Shown here in pieces: positions 24,123 through 37,479 of a stretch of 64,000 nt of DNA (positions are counted from its first letter, which is position 1; each line of letters begins with the position of its first letter). Source of the DNA: Octopus sinensis (lineage: Eukaryota). Under the pieces are notes generated by a model. That model saw only the letters and a program-made list of their open reading frames with translations. It made no database searches and was not told where the DNA came from. The translations under genes were made by a program, and so were the position numbers. The stretch lies in contig NC_043003.1 of NCBI RefSeq assembly GCF_006345805.1, positions 57,536,001 to 57,600,000 on the forward strand. The letters are read 5' to 3'.

Positions 24123-25380
24123 TTGGGTTGGCAACTAAGTTCCCGCCGCTTTTTTTTAATTTTGGAATTTATTACGTTTTTAAATTTTGGAATCTATTTC
24201 TTTTTTGAGAATTCTATTTTTGAATCATTTTGGAATCTATTTTGTTTCTTTTTTCCTAGTTAATTTTAGTTAATTTTTGTTTATTTTCAGTTCATTAAAA
24301 TGGAGTGTCAAGTTAAACAAAATGAGCCTTTTCGACACCGCCTTCTTTTTGCTTTTAATTAAGGTTCTAAGGCCGCAAAAGCTGCTCGCGACATTTGTGC
24401 TGTGTATGGAGAGGGTGCCATAACTGAAAGAACCGCTCGTGATTGGTATGCCAAGTTCAAAAATGGAAATTTTGACCTGAAAGACGCACCTCGTTCTGGC
24501 CGTCCAGTTGAGTTCGATGAAGAGTGATTAAAACAACTTTTGCACGAAAATTCTCATCAATCGACAAGGGAACTGACAGAGAAAATGAAATGCTCCCACA
24601 CTGCTATAGATATGCATCTTCACTCGATGGGAAAGCTTCAGAAGTATGGAACATTGGTTCCGCATGCTTTAAGTGGCAACAACAAAAATCAACGAGCCAC
24701 AATCTCTGATGGCTTGCTTGCTCGTCACCGCTCAACTCATGGACACAAGCAATGATTTCTTTACCGAATCGTTACTGGCGACAAAAAATGGTGCCTGTAC
24801 ATCAATATGAAGCAGCGTAAGGACTGGCTTAGACCCGGTAAACAAGTGACACTGCGCGTGAAACAAGTTCTTCATCCACATAAAACGATGTTGTGCATAC
24901 AGTGGGACTGGGAAGGGATTATACATTACGAATTGCTTGAACGGAAGCAAACGGTCAACGCAGAACCCTATGTTCAACAGATGGAACGACTCAACAAGAC
25001 TATTCAAGAGAAAAGCCCTAATCGTCAGTATGAAGTTCTTCTGCAGCACGACAACGCCCGTCCTCATATCGCCAATATGACCAAGGAAGCCATTCAAACG
25101 CATGGCTGGGAAGCGCTGCCACACCCGTTGTACTCTCTTGATTTGGCACCAACGGATTTCCACCTCTTTCGATCTCTTTCAAATGCTATGCGTGGAGTTT
25201 CGTTCAATACTGATGCAGAATTGAGAGCTTGGTTGGATCAATTTTTCGAGTCGAAATCGGGTGATTTCTACCAACGAGGTATTGAAAATCTTGTTGAACG
25301 TTGGGATGAAGTTGTAAACAACAAGGGTGAATACATTATTGATTAATTAGTTGTTATTTTTTTTAATTAAATCTTTTAAA
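24123..25380 (+). mobile_element. mariner (DD34D) DNA transposon; 5' TIR present, 3' TIR not found
   Basis: TA followed by ttgggttggcaactaagt at 24121-24140, then a full-length transposase frame. Confidence 0.93.
24300..25346 (+). pseudogene. mariner transposase, 348 codons, no frameshift, three in-frame stops
   Basis: MECQVKQNEPFRHRLLFAFN*GSKAAKAARDICAVYGEG...PRSGRP...LVPHAL...IVTGDKKW...LLQHDNARPH...YSLDLAPTDFHLF...GEYIID*. Stops at 24360, 24525 and 24753. Confidence 0.95.
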
Positions 25381-25468
25381 ATTTAAATAAGTGTAGAAAT
25401 TGATATTAATCACTTAAAACCAGTGGCCGAGCATATTTTAAAATTCCGAAGATTAAAAGTCCGAATTT

Positions 25469-25536
<68 letters not shown>

Positions 25537-27664
25537 TGTATAAATACATGCCACCGAATTCTGAAAAGAATGTAAGTGTATCGCAAATAAAAAAAGGTTG
25601 CAGAGCATTGATTTAGACTATTCCTTTGTTGTTGTTGTTGTTATTGATTAGCGCCTGATTTTCTGTCTTTGAGTAAATCTATAACCAGAACCGTTTCAGC
25701 TGTGACTACCTTTGCTCTTTTATCTTTTACGCTTTCTCTTTGCCGTGCTTCAATCACTGGACTGCGGTCAAACCTGGACACAGCCTTGAAGGGATTATTC
25801 GAACAAATCGATTCCAGTGCTCAGGTTTTTTTTAAGGTCAGGTACTTTTTCCGTCAGTCGCATTCGCTAAACCGGTAAGTTTTAGGAGTACAAGTAAACC
25901 ACGAGCTTCCACTGTTTCTGCCCAGAAAATTCACTGACAAGGCAATATTCGGCTCGGGGTAATAGTACAAGACACATACTCAAGATATCACGCAGTGGGA
26001 CCGAACCCAAACCCACGTGATTGCAAAGCGATTTTTTTAGCCACATATGTGAATATGTGAATATTTTAATAACTACTGAGAATTGAACACACATCGCCGA
26101 TTCGGTTAGTTAAAATTTTCTTCAACGCCATTACGCCAATCACTTGAATTCAGTAATAGTTACAATACTCGCCGATCAAAACTAACAAGTGACGAGACGA
26201 GCCTAGAAGAATGGCTCTATGTGGTTGAGAAATAGCAACCACATCACACCTTCTCGTCGTAAAAAAAAGGAAGGACATGAGATCGAGTAAAGTCCTATAC
26301 AGGCCTGAATATAAAAGATGGTGTAGTGGTCACTGTTGGAATGTTTTGGGCACAGAGATATTCAATCGAGACTGACCTGGAATTAATCGTCGTCGTCGTC
26401 CTCCTTCTCCTCCTCCTCCCCCTCCTCCTCCCGCTCCTCCTCCTCCCGCTCCTCCTCCTACTCCTCCCTCTCTCCTCTTCCCTCCGATCCTCTTCTCTCC
26501 GTTCCTCTGCCTCTCCGTTCCTCTCCCATCCTTCTCATTTTCTGACCCCTCGTCGTCTCCATTTCTTCCTTTCCCCCTCCTCCTTCCCTTCCTCTTCTCA
26601 TTCTTCTCTTCCCCTTCCCCTCCTTGTCTTCCTCCTCTCCTCCTACTTTTCCTTATACCCTTCTGTTCTTCCCCCGTCTTCTTCACTCCTCCACTTATTA
26701 TTCTTCCTATTCCTTCTCTTCCTTCCTCCCTCTCTTCCTGTTACTCCTCTCCTCTTCTTCCTATTCCTCCTCATCCCCTCTTCTTGTTTGCCCTACTCCA
26801 CTTCCTTCCCGCCACCTCCCCTACCTCCTTCCCTTCCTCCTACGCTTCATTGTTATCATCACCATCATCGTCGTTCTTTTCTTGCTTCTCCTTCCATCCT
26901 CTTTCTTCCCTCCTCCTCCTTATCCTCATTATCGTCGTCATCATCATCACCACCACCAACAAAAACATCAACAACGAAAACAAGTAAATAAAAGCGAAAC
27001 CATGAATGTTATTTGAAAAAAAATCTTTTAGAAACTTCAGACTGTTCATTATGAGAAAGTCATTATCTAACGTTCATGAATTGTAATTATAATTTTGTTA
27101 AAATGTGTCAGATCAAGACCTGCGGCTGTACAATGCACTTTATTCATCAGCAGTAGCTTTACACAGCCTATAGCTAGTCACGTGATGCTTACACTTCCGC
27201 TTAAAAAGGAAGACATATTTTCTCAACGAGACTAAATACATTTTAAACATTTGTAACGTGTTAAAAATATCAAATATATTTTCACACACTGAACTTTCGT
27301 TTTGTCTTCAAGCATATTCAGAGATTTTCTAATGGTGTGTAGTGAACACATTACTACACACGAAGTGAGCTACAACAGAGACAGTGGAGCGCCGATCTGT
27401 CTGCTTTAGCACATCGAGTTTCGTACATAAACGTTCTGATTCCTAGTCTGAGCGTACTTTTCCTTTTATTAGTGTTAACGACACAAGTGCCTTGATTTAT
27501 GAAACCATAAGGGCACCAATACAAACGCGTTTTCATACAACAAACACACATATCATAAATAAATGTATGTATGTGTATAATATATACATATATGTATGCG
27601 TGTATATATAATATATACATATAGTATGCGTGTATATAATATATACATATATGTATGCGTGTAT

Positions 27665-27731
<67 letters not shown>

Positions 27732-27732
27732 A

Positions 27733-27958
27733 CAGGTGGCCCAAAAGTAGGTTTACAGTCATCACGTAGGCACTTTTGTTTTAAGACATTTTGTTACATT
27801 TTAAGTTCTATCTTATAAACTGAAAAATAAGTTTGACAAAATACTAAATTAGCATAGAATAATGGTTTCATATTTTTATATGATTAAGATCTATATGTTA
27901 GTATATGAATGCAAAAGAGAGAGTTGAATAACTGTAAACCTACTTTAGGACCACCCTG
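27733..27958 (+). mobile_element. Tc1/mariner-type MITE with TA TSD
   Basis: TIRs caggtggcccaaaagtaggtttacagt / actgtaaacctactttaggaccaccctg, flanked by TA. Confidence 0.88.
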
Positions 27959-27976
27959 TATATATATGTATATAGA

Positions 27977-28046
<70 letters not shown>

Positions 28047-28057
28047 ATGTATATATG

Positions 28058-28113
<56 letters not shown>

Positions 28114-28194
28114 TGTGTGTGTGTGTGTGTGTATGTATATATGTATGTATATATATATATATATATATAATATATATTATATATATATATGCAA

Positions 28195-28830
28195 CATGAA
28201 ATACGAAAACAAATAAGTTAAATACTCAAATAACGAGAGAGCAAATGGAAAGCAAGACAAGTAGTATAAAGAACGCCCCTTCATCAGTTGTCGCCTGTTT
28301 ATCTACTCTCCAGTTTGAGCAATCAACCACAATATGAGTCTTCGAAAACAGATGCTCCAATAAATATCAAAATAAAATTTTGGATTTATGTAGGGTCAAA
28401 GTTAGGAACAAAGACAGGACAGTGGAGACATACAGGGAAACCGAACGAAAACAAACATGGAGGGTCGTTAGATCTGAACGAGAGGGAATAATGAACGCTG
28501 GGAGAATATTTTCTTTGAAAAGAGAAAAGATAGAAGAGGGAGATAGGAGACGTCCAGTCCTTAGAATGTCCGTGCTGGAAAGAATAATGGTCATGTGAGG
28601 AAAAGAAAGATGGACGATGGTCACGTGTGAGCAATGATAGGGAGAAAAGGGGGATGAGGGAAAGAGAAAGGGACAGACAGATAGAAAACGGTGAAAGAGA
28701 GAAAAGGGAATTAGAGAAGATGAGGGAGAAAACTATAGAGTAGAGTCGCATCAAATAGGTTAAGATAAACTTACTTGGAGATGGATACGTTGCCTTCAAC
28801 GCATCCATCTGTTGGAAGCATGTGTGTTCG
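28195..28830 (-). mobile_element. Probable Penelope-like 3' region (related piece at ~50050-50280)
   Basis: Pyrimidine-rich tract on the minus strand followed by gagtagat...caa(c/t)tgatgaag-gg, shared with 50225-50275. Confidence 0.4.
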
Positions 28831-28837
28831 CGTGTGC

Positions 28838-28881
<44 letters not shown>

Positions 28882-28903
28882 ATATAATATTATATATATA
28901 TAA

Positions 28904-28978
<75 letters not shown>

Positions 28979-29914
28979 ATACATATATATATATATATAT
29001 ATATGAATGTATGTGTGTGCGCGTGTTTTTGTGTTGTGTCTGCGCCCCGTTTGACAACCGATGTTAGTTTGTTTACGTCTTCATAACTTAGCGATTCCCC
29101 AAAAGAGACGATGCAATAAATACCAGACTAATAGATATTCACTGGGACCGATTTGTTCGAGTCAGTAGTGCCCCAGCATTGCGACAGTCCAATGACAGAA
29201 GTAATTAACTGATAAAAATAAAAGAAATATATGTACGCCTGCGGTATCGATTTCACAGTTCCCGGAGAGTGTGATTTCATCAGATTACGTGGAATTTTTT
29301 AATGTTGTTGTAGCTGTTATTGCAATGAACGCGACAAAAATTAGCAACATAGTGAGCGAGAAAAAATAATCGTCTGGAATCATATTCTTTCACTTAAGCC
29401 ACAACAACAGAAACAATAATACAAATTCTAAACTACGCCCCAAAATATTCACGATGATATCAGATAACTGCAGCCCGGCATAAAAAAAATATATATTTAA
29501 AATCTTGTTTTGGCTGGCGAGTGAAATGATGCAAGTTATAGTATGAGAAAATGAAAGTGGCACGCTATTATCAAATATTGCCATAATGAGCGCTGTTATT
29601 TATCAATTTTTCAGAGGAAGAATTAATTAAAACTGATTAAATAGTATTGAAGATTAAAATTCTATTGATCAGCAACTTTTATTTTTATTCTGATTTTGAC
29701 TCTCATGCTTAAAATTAATACCATCATAAACTAAATTACTGGGTAATAAATTGTTTAAATCTGTGGCAGGATAAAAATAAATAATCTTTTTCAAGAAGTT
29801 TAAAATGATTGAATAGTGATTGACTATTTATTTTATGGTATCGAGTACAAACGTCATTGTAAAGTTAATATCATAAATGGCGACCTTACGAATCGACATG
29901 TGGAATATGAAAGT

Positions 29915-30012
29915 CTTTTTCATTGACTACTTCCGCTGGCTTAATGCTTTTATTATTGAACACTTCCGTTGGTTTAATGTTTCTGTTATTGAATACTTTC
30001 GTTCTTGAATGT
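29915..30012. repeat. Three diverged 33-bp tandem units
   Basis: acttccg / acttccg / actttcg at 29929, 29962 and 29995 (period 33). Confidence 0.8.
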
Positions 30013-30639
30013 TGTCCGATAAACGTAAACTCATTAATGTTTTTTTTTATTACTATTATTTATTATTATGCTTTCAAAATTCACGTTGATTATGAATGAT
30101 ATCAATCGTAATTATTTCAATGAATTTCTATTAAAAACAATAAATAGCAGAGAAGGTGAAATGGTGAAACGAAATGGCACCAATCAGATGAATGCAGGTA
30201 TAGGTATTAGTTTGATTTTTTTTCAGTAGTAACATCATTATAAAACTTTAATCGTTTAATCTATTTTGTTTTTTGTAAACCAAATCAATGAAGGATATTC
30301 TGTATAATATAGTGTCTGTAAGTATTGAACAAAAAATGAAAATATTGACTAATGAAATTATAATGAACCTTTGTTCATTTCCAAATATTTTTTGTTAATT
30401 CTCAAATAAATACATTTTTCAGCGTATATATTTTGAATGTTTTGCTCAATAATAAACTTAATTATACCGTGTAATCAATTATTTGCATTTAAATCAGCAT
30501 AAAGGAAACATTTCTCAATATTTTGCATATAATATTAGTTGAAGCTATTTCTTAATTTAATTTTTTTTTTTTGCTATAATTTTTCAACATGATAAAAGTA
30601 AACATCGCCGATGTTTGTGGTTAGCATCGTGAAAGAAAG

Positions 30640-32350
30640 CGATTAAAGAAAGTGTCACCAACAGTCAAATACTCGTGCAAATATTTGCAAAAACGAAGTT
30701 ATTCCATCCATTAATACTAAACTGCTGTCAATGTGTTTGTTATGTGAAAAAAAACTTTCTCAAACGAAGGAATGAGACCTTCAAGAATGATTGATTATTC
30801 AAATGCAATACATCGAGATAAAGCAAAAAGAAAAAAAAAAAAAACTGGATACATTCAGGATTAAAAGAAACAGAAACGGATATATAAAAAAATCGATCTG
30901 CAGTTAATGAGTTGGTTGTAAAACAAAGTAGCCAACTTGGGAAAGGATTAATTGCCTTTTACAACATTTCAGAATTGATCCCCAAAAGTAGGAAATCTCA
31001 CACGACTGGTGAAACCTCCTCCAATTTTGCCAGCTGTGAATGAAGTTATAAATGCTGCGCTCGTCTCTGCTAAAAATAATATAACATCAATAATTTCTCT
31101 CAGTATCAACAAAAAGTCGACTAAATTGCATATGACATTGAAAAATTAAATTTTATGTAATGTAAAAATCTCCAGAATTTTCTTTACAACTCCATGCGAC
31201 GACTTTATGTGACACATAAAGCATTATTATTAACCTGCTATTTTTCATATACGAACCAAGAAACTATAAAAGAATACCTATTTGGTGAACAACTGAAAAC
31301 TGGTAGAAAAAGTTTTATAATTCATAGAGTATTTGAACGATTTTTATTAATATTACATGTGTTACGGGTGGAGCGAGTATTTAAAAATTCCCAATCCTGG
31401 ATTTATACGACATTTAAAAGAAGCAGATTCAAATATTTTTCTGGTTCACTGCGTTACTCATCGGCAAAACATTTCAATGGTATTTCGGAGATATACTTGC
31501 CTGGCAATTAATTTGATCCATGTACTTCTGTTGAAACTAAAACAATTACAGCGTGGGAGGCACATATTAGCCACTCAAAAATAAACAAAATTTCTTAACT
31601 TCATTTAAACCATTATTATTTGGTGTCAAGATTTTTGTCGCAACAATTGCGACCTAGTCACTGACGCGAAACCACAGCAACTGAATGGTAAACAGTATGA
31701 ATGTTTGTACAATGTTATTAAAATAGTTTATAGGTTTAAATTTCATCCATTGATAAGATTGCTAAGAATACATGCTACGAGAGTCTTTTGATGTTTCTAG
31801 AACCATTTAAGAATATTTTAAGTCGCATCATGACAAAATATATAATTAGTTTGAAAACTAATTAAATGAGATGAACATCAACTTACAGGGATATAAGAGG
31901 TGCCTTATTAAAGTAGATAGCATTTAGACCTTTCATCTACAGAATTACATTTTACAAACAATAACATCCCAGAATGTGATCGCTAAGAGTTTCTCATTAC
32001 ACAAATCATGAAATAAAATGCCGATGGTGATTTGATATTAGATATAAATATGGGGAGTTATTGCTATCGTCTTAAGCTCAGAAAGATAATATGAAGATCA
32101 GATTTAAAGACCTTGGTTGTCTGAAAAAATCTGTTTCTTTTCAATATACGTTTTGCTCATCCAAATCTACTAGAAAGATTGTTAGATGTAAAGTAGAATT
32201 TTAAGATCAAGTACTGTTTCAACAACATCGGTTATGAGGCATTCTAACCAAAGATTAAAAAAGCAAGCTTTGTCGAGAGATAAAATTGCAGCTTATTGCC
32301 TTTCCTTATTCATATTTGGTCCAGGATTCACTGTTGTATTATAAGAGTTC
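30640..32350 (+). pseudogene. Decayed hAT transposase (Charlie/Buster, ZBED5/SCAND3-like)
   Basis: Fragments in the correct order: BED-finger-like SMCLLCEK..FSNEGMRPS; SELI...SHTTGET..LPAVNEVI; EYLFGEQLKT; GFIRHLKEADSNIFLVHCVTHRQ; MNINLQG; LQLIAFPYSYL. Many stops and frameshifts. Confidence 0.85.
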
Positions 32351-32449
32351 ACAAAACAGTGAAATAGATTTGTAATTATATGAAAGCGAAGACTTGACAT
32401 TTCATTTGTCAAAAAAAAGAAAAAAAAAAAGAAAGAGGACCGAATATTG

Positions 32450-32820
32450 AACAAGAGCATTCAGAGACCAAAAAACTCCGCAAAGGCAATACCAACGATT
32501 AGCCAGAGATGATTTTTAAAATGAGAATATCTGAAATAAACTCGAATGCTCTCACAAACGAGAGTACTAAAAATGAACCCGACTGCTCTCAAAAATTAAG
32601 TAAAAAAAAAAGCAGGAAAACTAATCTAGAATCCTTGTCTGGTACCGGATCGATCCCAAAATCTAATCAGTTCGTGCCAGTCACGAGGCCAAACATCCCT
32701 GAAAGTTTCATTCGAATTCATCCAGCGGTTCTTGAGATATCTTGTCGCCGGACAAACCAACAAACAAACAAACAAACACTACTGAAACAATACTTCCGCC
32801 TTCGCTAAGACGGAGCAAAT
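32450..32820 (+). mobile_element. Helentron/DINE-like non-autonomous element
   Basis: 5' subterminal ctccgc (32476), internal aagtttcattcgaattcatccagcggttcttgagatatc, (CAAA)n tract, 3' hairpin tccgcct-tcgct-a-agacgga. No TIR or TSD. Confidence 0.55.
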
Positions 32821-33196
32821 AATTAGCAAATTACCTTCAGATTCATGGCAGCCATTAAATTATATAAATTTAATGATATTTTCATTTTTGTTTTGCAGTA
32901 ATCAGTTTTGTTTATGCTCATCGCTTAAAAATAAATTTGTATTAAAGTTGCTAAATCTTTTTTATCACCGACACGTGCTAAAATTTTGACAAAACTGATC
33001 TTCTTTATGCATCGTTTTTCTAGAGTATTTCTGTAATCATCCAGTCCTTAACGACTTCCAAGTATATTAGAAGACGTTAGTTTTTACAAATTGTTGAAAG
33101 GAGGTGCGAAACAAAAGAAGTTTGAAAGCTAAAGTTCTAATGCATTAGTTCATCGAGCTTAGATCTTCCTTCTTATATAATATATATATAAATGTT

Positions 33197-33367
33197 CAGG
33201 AGTGGCTGTGTGGTAAGTAGCTTGCTTACCAACCACATGGTTCCGGATTAAGTCCCACTGCGTGGCACCTTGGGCAAGTGTCTTCTACTATAGCCTCGGG
33301 TCGACCAAAGCCTTGTGAGTGGATTTTGTAGACGGAAAGTTAAAGAATCCCCTCGTATATATGTATT

Positions 33368-33400
<33 letters not shown>

Positions 33401-33596
33401 TTTTGTGTCTGTGTTTGTCCCCCCCCCCAACATCGCTTGACAACCGATGCTGGTGTGTTTACGTCCTCGTTACTTAGCGGTTCGGTAAAAGACACCGATA
33501 GAATAAGTACTAGGCCTACAAAGAATAAGTCCTGGGGCGGTGCTCCAGCATGGCCACAGTCAAATGTCTGAAACAAGTAAAAGAGTAAAAAGAGTA
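33197..33596 (+). mobile_element. SINE family A
   Basis: High similarity to 23685-24101. Confidence 0.9.
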
Positions 33597-34711
33597 TATA
33601 ATAGTAGTGCCGTTATGTTCTGAATTCAAATTCCTTCGAGGACGACTGTCATTCTTTCGGGGTCTATAAAATAAGTATCAAAAGCAATCAACTTAACCTC
33701 CACCCCGAAATTATTGGCCTTGTGCCAAAATTTGAAACTAGTATCTTAGCCTCTCGAGGCCCAAAAATACCGTTCTGCGAATTTCTTTGCTAAACAAGCT
33801 GTACAAATGATTCGTTTAATGTGATTGAAAGTTCGTGTTGCACATTTATTTATTATCTCCATCAAATCGACATTGCTTGATGTGTCAGGCCTCAAATGAC
33901 GAAGTGATCATAATTTGAGAAGCTACGTGAGATGAGGTGTTTTGCTCAAGAACACAACGCACCACTCGGTCCGTGAATCGAACACACGATCTCGTAATTG
34001 TGAAGGCAACACTCTAACCACTAGGTCATGTGGAATCCCTTGTAAGTAACACTGTAAGAAACAACCTCAATTTCTAATAGAATATATACAGTACACGCAA
34101 CCGTGTACCACCATCTGTTGGCGCTCTACGGAACTAGCCCGGGAACTTTTTGATACCACCACGTATTTACACCCTTGTGTAAGGGTATTCCCCCCACGTT
34201 TCTAAACAGCACTAACGTTCGCCAGTACACACAGACATACACAGGCATATGTACACACACATACATGGGCACACACACGCCAATACACACACACAACACA
34301 CACACACACACGCTCACACACACACACATATAAAGACGCGACTACATGCGTGTTTTGAAGAAGCCATCAACATCATAAAGGTATTTTTCATTTAATATGA
34401 CATTCATGTTAATCTATCAATAACAAGGTATAGCTACATAGGGATTAAGGCGCCGCTAAATCAAGCTTCCGATACATTTTGGACGGACTGACCGCGCGAC
34501 AGCAACAGCGAGCAGCGTAACTTAAATCTGCTGACCTGAGAATCACACCCGATATATATTCGTTAGACACGACGTATTGATAAATAAACACCAACCACCT
34601 CATGCCGTGTCTCTTGAACAAGCGACCTTCTGCGCAAACAAATCCTTTTCACAGTTTTTCTAACCGTGAATCAAAGTTCATTTCCTATTCTGTATCTTAC
34701 TTGTTGTTGCT

Positions 34712-34855
34712 GTCTTCTTCTTGTTCTTGTTCTTGTTCTTCTTCTTGTTCTTGTTCTTCTTCTTCTTCTTCTTCTTCTTCTTCTTCTTCTTCTTCTTCTT
34801 CTTCTTCTTCTTCTTCTTCTTCTTCTTCTTCTTCTTCTTCTTCTTCTTCTTCTTC
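34712..34855. repeat. (TTC)n microsatellite
   Basis: Directly visible. Confidence 0.97.
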
Positions 34856-35059
34856 AACGAAGCCATTAGCCACAAAGAATAATCTCTAATTCGAGCCTAC
34901 TCTAATCTACTGAGAATGCGTGTAGCAACTTGAAGATCCACTGGCGGTTAAATAGGCGCGAAAGCTACGCTGTTATCCTCATTCCGTAAACGGTGGCTTT
35001 TAACGGGTGGAGATCTGAACCATCCTGGGGTACAGGGGATTTGCAATCTAGACTAGGGT

Positions 35060-35308
35060 CTGAAAGTTTACCACACCATAGTGGGTTACACCATGGCTCC
35101 TTTGCTTTGTGGCAGAAGTAGGAAGAAAGAGTGAGAGAAAGTTGTGGTGAAAGAGTACAGCGGGGTTCACCCCATCCCACCGGAGCGTCGTGGAGCTTAA
35201 GTGTTTTTGCTCAATAAACACTCACAATGCCCGGTCTGGGAATCGAAACCGCGTTCTTACGACTGCGTGTCCACTGCCCTAACTGCTGGGCCATTGCGCC
35301 GCCACTGC
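35060..35308 (-). mobile_element. SINE family B
   Basis: RC has gcgcaatggcccagcagttagggcagtggacacgcagtcgtaagaacgcggtttcgattcccagaccgggc head. Confidence 0.8.
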
Positions 35309-35512
35309 TATTGTTGTTGCTAGTGTTGATTGCGCTATACTGAATTCCAATAACTTTTTCACTACCCCGAAAAGATGCAGTTATGATATTTTAGGAATTT
35401 TGAGAAAATATGATAAGAATAATAATACTATAGATGAATATTATTAACTAGAAATTATACGAATTTTATCAGAGATAATTAAAAAAAAAAGAGAGAGAAT
35501 GCAAATTATATA

Positions 35513-35727
35513 CAGAGTGGCCCAAAAGTAGGTTTACAGTTATTCAGCTATCTCTTTCGCATTCATATATTAACAGTTTAGAGCTTAATTATAAAATAAA
35601 ATATGAAACCATTATTCTATGCTAATTTAGTTAATTGTAAGATAGAATTTTAAATGTAATAAAATGTTTTAAAAGAAATATAACGTGCCTACGCGATAAC
35701 CGTGAACCTAATTTTTGGCTCCAGGTA
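35513..35727 (-). mobile_element. Second copy of the Tc1-type MITE, opposite orientation to 27733-27958
   Basis: ta-cagagtggcccaaaagtaggtttacagt start; internal aaatatgaaaccattattctatgctaatttag is the reverse complement of the first copy. Confidence 0.8.
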
Positions 35728-35766
35728 TTAGACTTTGGCTATCTTGGGACACCAGCTTAAACCCCG

Positions 35767-35825
<59 letters not shown>

Positions 35826-35860
35826 CAATAATAATAACAATAATAATAATAATGATAATA

Positions 35861-35950
<90 letters not shown>

Positions 35951-36050
35951 GACGTCGTACAATATATTAATATAATGTTGATTGAAGATATTGTGTCAGT
36001 GGGGGTTTGTACTGTTTGTCAAGTCATTACAAGGATCTCAGAGAGACAGT

Positions 36051-36367
36051 CTTCTTCTTCTTCGCCCGTTTCAAGCCTAGCCAGGCTCATGGACCCGGTT
36101 TCCCGGTTTCTGTGGCGTATGTGTTCCCCCTCCAGCTGGACGGGACGCCAGTCCATCGCAGCGTTACTCAAGAAACAGGAAAGGAGAGTGAGAGAAAATC
36201 GTGGAGAAAGAGTACAACAGGGGTCGCCACCACCCCCTGTCGGAACCTCGTGGAGCTTTTAGGTGTTTTTGCTCAATAAACGCACACAACGCCCGGTCTG
36301 GGAATCTAAACCATGATCTTCCGACCGCGAGTCCGCTGCCCTAATCACTGGGCCATTGAGCCTCTAC
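36051..36367 (-). mobile_element. SINE family B with ~12-bp TSD
   Basis: Flanked by cagagagacagt (36039-36050) and cagacagacagt (36368-36379). Confidence 0.85.
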
Positions 36368-36447
36368 CAGACAGACAGTACTTTACGCAATATGCGTGCA
36401 GTTCCATGTAATGCCGACTTTTGCAATACATCTAGATTGTAGGGTAT

Positions 36448-36870
36448 CTCTTTTTACTCTTTTACTCTTTTACTTGTTTCAGTCATTTGACTGCGGCCAT
36501 GCTGGAGCACCGCCTTTAGTCGAGCAAATCGACCCCGGGACTTATTCTTTGTAAGCCCAGTACTTATTCTATCGGTCTCTTTTGCCGAACCGCTAAGTGA
36601 CGGGGACGTAAACACACCAGCATCGGTTGTCAAGCAATGTTAGGGGGACAAACACAGACACACAAACACATACACACACATACATATATATATATATACA
36701 TATATACGACAGGCTTCTTTCAGTTTCCGTCTACCAAATCCACTCACAAGGCATTGGTCGGCCCGGGGCTATAGCAGAAGACACTTGCCCAAGATGCCAC
36801 GCAGTGGGACTGAACCCGGAACCATGTGGTTGGTTAGCAAGCTACTTACCACACAGCCACACCTGCGCCT
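36448..36870 (-). mobile_element. SINE family A, complete, low divergence
   Basis: Near-consensus reverse complement of 23685-24101. Confidence 0.92.
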
Positions 36871-37242
36871 GTAAGGTATTCAGATGTTTTTTTTCATTGG
36901 GTGGTATTGAACCCAATGCTCCGATGACAGAAGGAATAACTTTTATGTTCGACTCTCATAGCTGCCACATCTTAGCCATCTCAGTTCACAGGTCTCCATA
37001 TTTATCAACTTTTTTCTCTTTCCTTCATGATGATATGTTGATCTCCTGGCACTGCTACGTCGATTATTAGGCACTCTTGTTTGTCCTTTCTAAAGGTAAC
37101 TATATCCTGCTTTTGGTGCTCTGACACTTTGTCTGTCTGGAAGTCAAAGTCCCAGAGGATTTTTGCCTTTTCCTTTTCGTCCATTACATTTTCCGGTCTA
37201 TGCTGGTACCAAGCACCCGTAACCTCATATCCTATTATATTA

Positions 37243-37295
<53 letters not shown>

Positions 37296-37479
37296 CATCT
37301 CATCATCATCATCATCATCATCATCATTATTGTTATATTATTAATTATTATTATTATTATTATTATTATTATCATCATCATTCATCATCATCATCATCCA
37401 TCATCATTATTGTATTATTTTTATTATTATTATTATATTATTATTATTATTATTATTATTATTATCATTATTATTATTA

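Larger units (their letters stand above)
35975..37240 (-). pseudogene. R4/Dong-clade retrotransposon 3' portion (REL endonuclease), split by two SINEs
   Basis: WYQHRPENVMDEKEKAKILWDFDFQTDKVSEHQKQDIV...CLIIDVAVPGD...KVIPSVIGALGSIP...HLNTL [SINE A] EIPYNLDVLQKSALHGTARILRKVLSV. Confidence 0.88.

Noticed and set aside
28255-28340. Hammerhead in the 28.2-kb / 50.2-kb family
   Set aside because: (C/U)UGAUGA is present but GAAAC lies upstream or is mutated, and I could not close the stems with a valid NUH site.
29235-29290. Minus-strand ctgatga...gaaatcgata
   Set aside because: Stems I and II do not pair.
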